A DNA stretch of 56,136 nt from positions 20,294 to 76,429 of the forward strand of contig JBNGIO010006235.1 in assembly GCA_049999805.1 (NCBI GenBank). The letters run 5' to 3'. Position numbers and translations under genes: made by a program. Every line of letters begins with the position of its first letter. Within the stretch, counting starts at the first letter, position 1. The notes under the pieces were generated by a model. That model saw nothing but the letters and a program-made list of their open reading frames with translations, was not told the origin of the DNA and did not search any database. Origin of the DNA: Folioceros fuciformis (lineage: Eukaryota). Positions 49,701 to 56,136 of this stretch are shown piece after piece.

Positions 49701-51199
49701 GCGGCTATTGTGGTCTCTGCCGTCATTGGTCTGGTGAGACACATCCCGACAGGAGTATTATCTGGTCACTTTACCGTCACGATGTTCATCAATAGTCCCT
49801 TGGGCTTGGCGCTTTTCCTTTTGGAGTGAGGGATACGTCTAGTGTCTTGAGCTTGACCTGTTGCTTTGTGATAGGTTGACTACGAGGAAGCTATATTCTT
49901 ATGGCGTGTGGACAAGAAGGATTTCCTCCTTTGGCTCGCTGCAAGCGTCATCACGCTTTTCTGTGGAGTGGAGTACGGCGTGTTACTATCGGTGGGTTTC
50001 TTGCTATCTAGGTGTTTCCAAACCGCAGTCCTTAGAGCAGTGCAAATTTCCTGTTTTCTGGCTCACTAGGCCGCATGCCGTTGTGTTCTTGTCTTACGCC
50101 GTTGTCTGAACTCGATCTCTTGTGGCTCAGGTTCTTTTGTCTCTGGTATTCGTAATCTACCAGTCAGCAAACCCACACATAGGTGATCATCCGTCCTTTC
50201 CTCCCGCCCTTGGGATGTACACTTGGGTAATTGTGCAATTATTTGATAGCTGTGCATTTTGTGCAGTTGTTCTTGGCCGTCTTCCGGGCACGACAGTGTA
50301 TAGAAACAAAAAGCAGTATGCGGATGCCTACATTTACCATGGAATTGTAGTCATTCGCATCGACGCCCCAATCTACTTCGCCAACGTCAGCTATGTTAAC
50401 GACAGGTTTGCTGGCGTTCTCTTGTGCCCGTTTGGAAGGACGGGTGGTAACTTGAATTATGCACTTTTTGTGTTTTTGGTGTCTCATCGTCGTTCCTGTT
50501 TCCTGTGCTTCTCGGGGAGATGATCCACAGGCTCCGAGAACTCGAAGCATTTTCTGCGCAGCACGCTAACAGGGGAGTCGAAGACAAGAAGATCAAATAC
50601 ATAATTCTTGAGATGTCTCGTACGGGTTCTGACCAAGCTAGTGAACAACATGTGCTTTGTTGGGGTGCGTGGCATACTGGTTCTGACGTCCGTTTGCATT
50701 GCAGCTGTTACTCATGTTGACTCAACGGCGATACATGCAATCAAGGACCTTTATCTCAACTATAAGGCCCGACATATTCAGGTTAAAGTTCAGCCCAGAA
50801 AACTGTAGCTGTCCAGCGCGTGATGAAAAGGCTTGGCTGATGAACATTTTGTGTGATAACCCGACATGGCTTGGCTGATGTATACATGTCGTTTTGCAGC
50901 TTGCTTTATCCAATCCGAACTCCAAGGTTATGAAGTCTCTTGCCAGAGCAGGAGTCCCAGATCTCATCGGGAGGGAGTGGTTCTTTGTACGAGTACATGA
51001 TGCTGTCCAAGTGTGCAATTCCCGTTTGGAGGAGCGACTTAGACGAATGCATGCAAATGGCGCTCCTACTGAAGCATTGACTCTCAAAGAGGAGGAAACC
51101 ACGGAAAGTGGAACCTTCAGAAGTTCATCAAGCAACAGATTTTGGCAGGCAACACAACCGGAAACTGAACCGCTTCTCAAAGGGGCGGACAATGTTTAG
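46762..51199 (+). CDS. SULTR4: Sulfate transporter group 4 (SLC26/SulP with STAS domain), ~17 exons
   Basis: [107 protein letters not shown] and [13 protein letters not shown]. Confidence 0.95.
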
Positions 51200-51513
51200 C
51201 TAATACTCTGAGTGAACCGGAGCTGCTGAATCGAAATCAACACAATGGCGGATCACGTAGAGGTATAACCTGTAATGTGTATTAAAGGAATCATTGGCCC
51301 TAAGCCGCACTATAGGCTACCGTTCCGTGATGGTAATTTATTTGCCCTCTGTGAAATGTAGTAGTGTTCATCGAATTTAGGATTGTATTTTATTTAGGAT
51401 CCCTTTAAATGAATAGACATTAGATTGGAGTCCTCTATTGATTCTTGCGCAATTGGCCTCAATCCCTCATTTGTGGAATATGGTGTATTTTTTAGTCCTC
51501 CGGCCCCCTCCGT

Positions 51514-52076
51514 AGAGCTAGATTGCTCATCAGTTGTTCCTATGCAACTAGATTGCTCATCAGTTGTTCCTATGTAGCTAGATTGCTCATCAGTTGTTCC
51601 TATGCAGCTAGATTGCTCATCAGTTGTTCCTATGCAGCTGTTCCTATGCAGCTAGATTGCTCATCAGTTGTTCCTATGCAGCTGTTCCTATGCAGCTAGA
51701 TTGCTCATCAGTTGTTCCTATGCAGCTGTTCCTATGCAGCTAGATTGCTCATCAGTTGTTCCTATGCAGCTGTNNNNNNNNNNNNNNNNNNNNNNNNNNN
51801 NNNNNNNNNNNNNNNNNNNNNNNNNNNNNNNNNNNNNNNNNNNNNNNNNNNNNNNNNNNNNNNNNNNNNNNNNGTTGTTCCTATGCAGCTAGATTGCTCA
51901 TCAGTTGTTCCTATGCAGTTGTTCCTATGCAGCTAGATTGCTCATCAGTTGTTCCTATGCAGTTGTTCCTATGCAGCTAGATTGCTCATCGGTTGTTCCT
52001 CCTATGCAACTAGATTGCTCATCAGTTGTCCCTATGCAGGAACTCTCCATAGAACTAGATTGCTCATCGGTTGTTC
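51514..52076. repeat. 30-bp minisatellite with a 14-bp internal duplication variant (44-bp units); contains a gap
   Basis: agctagattgctcatcagttgttcctatgc, with or without an extra agctgttcctatgc. Confidence 0.93.
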
Positions 52077-52239
52077 AGGGTTTAGGGTATGCAGGGACAA
52101 CTTGTTCGAATAAATTGTTGGACTTCGAGGTGTGGGTTAATTGAGATTTATGGATTGCATAATGTGGATTGGGTTTGAAGATTTTATTATTAATTTATAT
52201 ATCAATTGTGGCAGTTAGCTTGAAGATATATATTGGTCG

Positions 52240-53095
52240 TGGAACTTGTTTGAAGAAAACAATAGGAAATGAGAACAAGTATTGGGTTGTGTAAGTTTGC
52301 TTGAAGAAAAAGGTAGCAAATGAGAACACGAATTGGGTTGTGGAAGTTTGCTTGAAGAAAAAGGTAGGAAATGAGAACATGAGTTGGGTTGTGGAAGTTT
52401 GCTTGAAGGATAAGGTAGGAAATGAGAACAAATATTGGGTTGNNNNNNNNNNNNNNNNNNNNNNNNNNNNNNNNNNNNNNNNNNNNNNNNNNNNNNNNNN
52501 NNNNNNNNNNNNNNNNNNNNNNNNNNNNNNNNNNNNNNNNNNTTTGCTCAAAGAAAAAGGTAGGAAATGAGAACACGAGTTAGGTTGTGGAAGTTTTGCT
52601 TAAAGAAAAAGGTAGGAAATGAGAACAAGTATTGGGTTCTATAAGTTTGCTCAAGAAAAAGGTAGGAAATGAGAACATAAGTTGGGTTGTGGAAGTTTGC
52701 TTGAAGGAAAAGGTAGGAAATGAGAACAAGTATTGGGTTGTGTAAATTTGCTTGAAGAAAAAGGTAGGAAATGAGAATAAGTATTGGGTTGTGTAAGTTT
52801 GCTTGAAGAAAAAGGTAGGAAATGAGAACATGAGTTAGGTTGTGAAAGTTTGCTCGAAGGATAAGGTAGGAAATGAGAACAAATATTGGGTTGTGTAAGT
52901 TTGCTTAAAGAAAAAGGTAGGAAATGAGAACATGAGTTGAGTTGTGAAAGTTTGCTTGAAGAAAAAGGTAGGAAGTGAGAACAAGTATTGGGTTGTGTAA
53001 GTTTGCTTAAGAAAAAGGTAGCAAATGAGAACACAAGTTGGGTTGTGGAAATTTTCTTGAAGAAAAAGGTAGGAAATGAGAACAAGAATTGGGTA
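52240..53095. repeat. 51-bp tandem repeat, >=14 copies; contains a gap
   Basis: Unit ttgaagaaaaaggtaggaaatgagaacaagtattgggttgtgtaagtttgc. Confidence 0.93.
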
Positions 53096-53351
53096 ATTTT
53101 CTACTCTTGAAAAAGAGGTGCAAAGTTCTATTGACTCTAAAGATAGGAGGAACAACTCAAACACTAAAGATAGGAGAAATAACTAGAGGAAGACACAATA
53201 CCAAAAGGTGTACTAGTCCCTTTGAACATCATTCTCAAAACTATCTACTACTCCCTAAATATCATAATGTGGAATAACAAAAGGCTACTGATCACTAGTG
53301 TCGAAGAAGTTTCTTGACTTGCGGTAGTTGTTATTCTAAAGAGTACGGTTG

Positions 53352-54088
53352 TCAATGCTCTTCGAAAAGCAATGGATACACGTTGTCAAAAGAAGGCCAC
53401 CATAGAAAAAAAAGGAAGAACCCATTTCTATTACTATGATACACCTTTGTGCACTCCTTAATGAACCTTGAAAAGTCCATGCCAATCATCCCATTGGTCT
53501 CAAGAGCAAGAGGGATGAAAATATGCCCGTCTTGCAAGAGAGAATACTTATGGACTTTGGCTCTTGCACAACCCTTTGCCGTCCATCTAGAGGTGTTGAT
53601 GATGACATGCTTACAAATTGAATTCTTAGTGGGATCTATGACAACCACACTAGCTACATAAACTTGTTGCCCCCTAGTGAAAAAAGGGTCCGCTCTAAGT
53701 AAAACCCTATTGCACAAAGTATGGACGCTTACTATACGAAAGAATCCCACATTCCCTAGCCATTGAGAACATAACATCCTCAATTGCATCATGAGTGGCA
53801 ATGGGGTGCCCCTTGACGGAACAACAAGCCAAATGAGACCTTGTGTTGATAGCCTTATGTTGATAATGACAACCCCACAATTGCATGTAGAAAGAGAAAA
53901 AGCCAACGGATGGGCCAAACCTAAGCAGAATCTCATCATGGTGGCAAAAGTTGTTGGTGCGATTCGAAATGCCTGAATGTAAGCTCAAGGCCAAAACGCC
54001 AAGAGCCTACTCCTTTACTTGAATAAGCAAAATCTCATCATGGTGGCAAAAGTTGTTGGTGCGATTCGAAATGCCTGAATGTAAGCTC
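53352..54088 (-). mobile_element. CRE/R2-group non-LTR retrotransposon relic (Zn knuckle + restriction-like endonuclease)
   Basis: CNCG...HLACC...HDAIEDV, RAD...G...VVVIDP...AKVHKY...FIPLALETNG...FIKE across frameshifts. There is a ~62-bp internal duplication near 53925/54027. Confidence 0.7.
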
Positions 54089-54582
54089 TAAGAAATTACA
54101 TGCAGATGTAGATTTATTATAAAAATAACATTGTATATATTCAAGAAAAAGAGAGTAAGTAAAACATTAAAACTTAAACTTAACTATTCATGAATGGGTG
54201 TGACTATTACTAACAGTCGTAACCCTAGCGAAGAGGTAAGACATTTTAAACTATACACACAATATGAAACTGGATATAATATAACCCTAATCTCATTATG
54301 CCAACATCAATACTCCTTCACTCCCACTTGTTGGATTATGACGATTCGGACGTCTCCTCTTCGCCTTCTCTAACACGGGTCGAGTGTGAGACTGTGAGCT
54401 GAGCTGAAAGCTCCGCTGTGTGCATGTACTGGGTTGCGCCGACACCTTTGCCTTTAAAGAAACGCGATGGAGCGTATCTGCACAAACTTGGGTAGCAGGT
54501 GCGTCGCGACCCTTATAGCATCCCTCCTCGCTTCAAGTCCTTTATTTGTAAGCTGTTGGAGCGTAGGATCTCTGAGCTCAAG

Positions 54583-55453
54583 ATGTCGTCTTCAGCTACT
54601 GACTCCCCTCCTGCAAAGCGCCGTGTCTGCCATCGTGACAAGCTAGGGCGGTTTGTGAGCAAGCCGACTAGAACAGCCGCCTCCTCTCAGCAGCAAGGAT
54701 CGGCAAAGATGCCTGCTCCTGCTGCTCAAGGTGGCAGCGGCGGAAGGCGTTCGCGAGGGAGGCCGCGCGGCACCACCAAAGCTTTTCTTGATCAGCGGCG
54801 CTCGTCAGAGACTACAGCCTATAAGACAAAGGCTGCTGTTGCGTGTAAGGCAGCTCCCCGCAAGACGGCTACCCCTAAAGAGAAGTCTCTTTCAAGGGAT
54901 CAAAGTGCCAAGTTCCGCTTCAAAGCTGGTGAGTTCGCGTATGCTGATTCTGACTATAGGCCTACTGTGCCGATAAGATTTCCAGTTCCTACACACTCTG
55001 ATGAGGAAACCAAGATTGTGAGCCTTGGTTCTTTTGCTATTCCTTGTACCCCTCTGTGGTATAAGTGCCCTTACACCCATCTGAAGATGATACGAGTGAG
55101 GATAGAGCACTGCCGCGAGTATCAGCGCCATGTGGTCAGCTTTTACAGTAAGTGTTCCCTGTCTACTTTTATGTCAGCATCCCCATTGCTTTCTTCTCAC
55201 AGTTCTCTAACAAGCTCCCACTTGCCCTGCAGGATCTGAACTAAGGCTGGAGGAAGAGCACAGCCTTGAGACTGAGGAGAGGATCTCCTACGTGGAGCGT
55301 AGGAAGAGAAACTCTCCAAGATCGGATGAGAGCTTCACCACTCCTTCCGAACATGATCCTGATTCCTCTGAGCCTGATTCCTTTGGCAGTCGTGCAAGTG
55401 TGGCTGTAAATAGTGTGGAAGAAAACAGCGTAGACTGGGGATATGACTGGTAG
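54583..55453 (+). CDS. Putative spliced antisense gene inside the Copia 3' region, 261 aa; exons 54583-55147 and 55233-55453
   Basis: An 85-nt intron with GTAAGT donor, CTAAC branch point and CCCTGCAG acceptor joins two open frames in phase. Basic N-terminus (PPAKRR, RGRPRG) and acidic C-terminus. Confidence 0.62.
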
Positions 55454-55807
55454 TTTGGGTCACTAAACTGCAGGACTGAGGAAGTCATTCGGCTTCCCCA
55501 TTCCTAAACATTTCATGTGCCTCTCGTGCAGCTCCCTACCTAGGGCTTTTGTCATAATATCTGCTGGATTTTCTGCTGTTGGCACATACTCAAGTATAAC
55601 CTGTCCACTCTTAATCAAGTCTCTGATGAAATGATACTCCACCTCAACGTGTTTTGTCCGTGAGTGATGCACAGGGTTTTGTGCAAGGTTTATAGAACCC
55701 TGACTGTCTGTTTTGATCACTGTGCAGGTGGGGTGAGGTAGTCCGAGTTCATTGAAAAGCAGCTTGCACCAAGCAATTTCTTTAGAAGCGGCTGTGAGGA
55801 CACGGTA

Positions 55808-55824
55808 CCCTAAACCCTAAACCC
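55808..55824. repeat. Interstitial telomeric sequence CCCTAAACCCTAAACCC
   Basis: Perfect plant telomere repeats interrupt the Copia RNase H frame. Confidence 0.9.
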
Positions 55825-56136
55825 TTCTTTGCTTGAAAGAGCAACCGTTGGTTGCTTCTTGCTGGACCAACAGATTGGTCCCCCAGCAAACATGACGATA
55901 TATCCAGAGACAGATCTTCTACTGTCTATGTCACCAGCGTAGTCTGAATCGGTATATACATCCAGTTCAAGGGAGGCATCAGGTTTGTATTTGTAAACGA
56001 TTCCATACTGTGCTGTCCCCTTTAAGTATCGAAATACCCTCTTAACACAAGTCCAGTGCTCCTGTGCAGGGTTTTCCAAGTATTGTGAGAGCACACTTGT
56101 GGAATATGCCACTTCAGGACGAGTAGTGTTTGCTGC

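Larger units (their letters stand above)
54090..56136 (-). mobile_element. Ty1/Copia LTR retrotransposon, 3' portion (RT end + RNase H 55463-56136; putative PPT ~54313-54329; putative 3' LTR starting ~54309)
   Basis: TRPEVAYSTSVLSQY...KRVFRYLKGT, YTDSDYAGDIDSRRSVSGY, WSSKKQPTVALSS and DSQGSINLAQNPVHHSRTKHVEVEYHFIRD. Purine tract aagtgggagtgaaggag is followed by tatTGatgttgg on the minus strand. LTR limits cannot be verified here. Confidence 0.85.

Overview
Eukaryotic plant genomic DNA, with gene-dense GC-rich blocks, very short (~80-130 nt) spliceosomal introns, TTTAGGG motifs and four 100-N gaps. Short introns, many PLS-PPR relics including a KPAxA/DYW:KP-type editing-domain relic, and a PKA regulatory subunit gene point to a seed-free land plant, most plausibly a hornwort (inference). 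Apparently intact genes: ANU10-like (5'-truncated), a BAG co-chaperone, a SWIM+RING zinc finger, a GPI-anchored X8 protein carrying a GH17 relic, a PKA-R subunit, organellar MetRS, a ~1160-aa low-complexity orphan, a Pro/Tyr-rich wall protein and SULTR4. From ~12.5 to 25.5 kb lies a pseudogene graveyard (PPR, TORNADO1-like COR, DYW:KP, type I MADS with a Q/H tail) plus satellites. The right end holds satellites, a CRE-like LINE relic and the 3' end of a Copia element. That Copia appears to carry a spliced antisense gene between pol and the PPT, and has a telomere-repeat insertion in its RNase H. All family calls are by-eye motif recognition; no searches were run.
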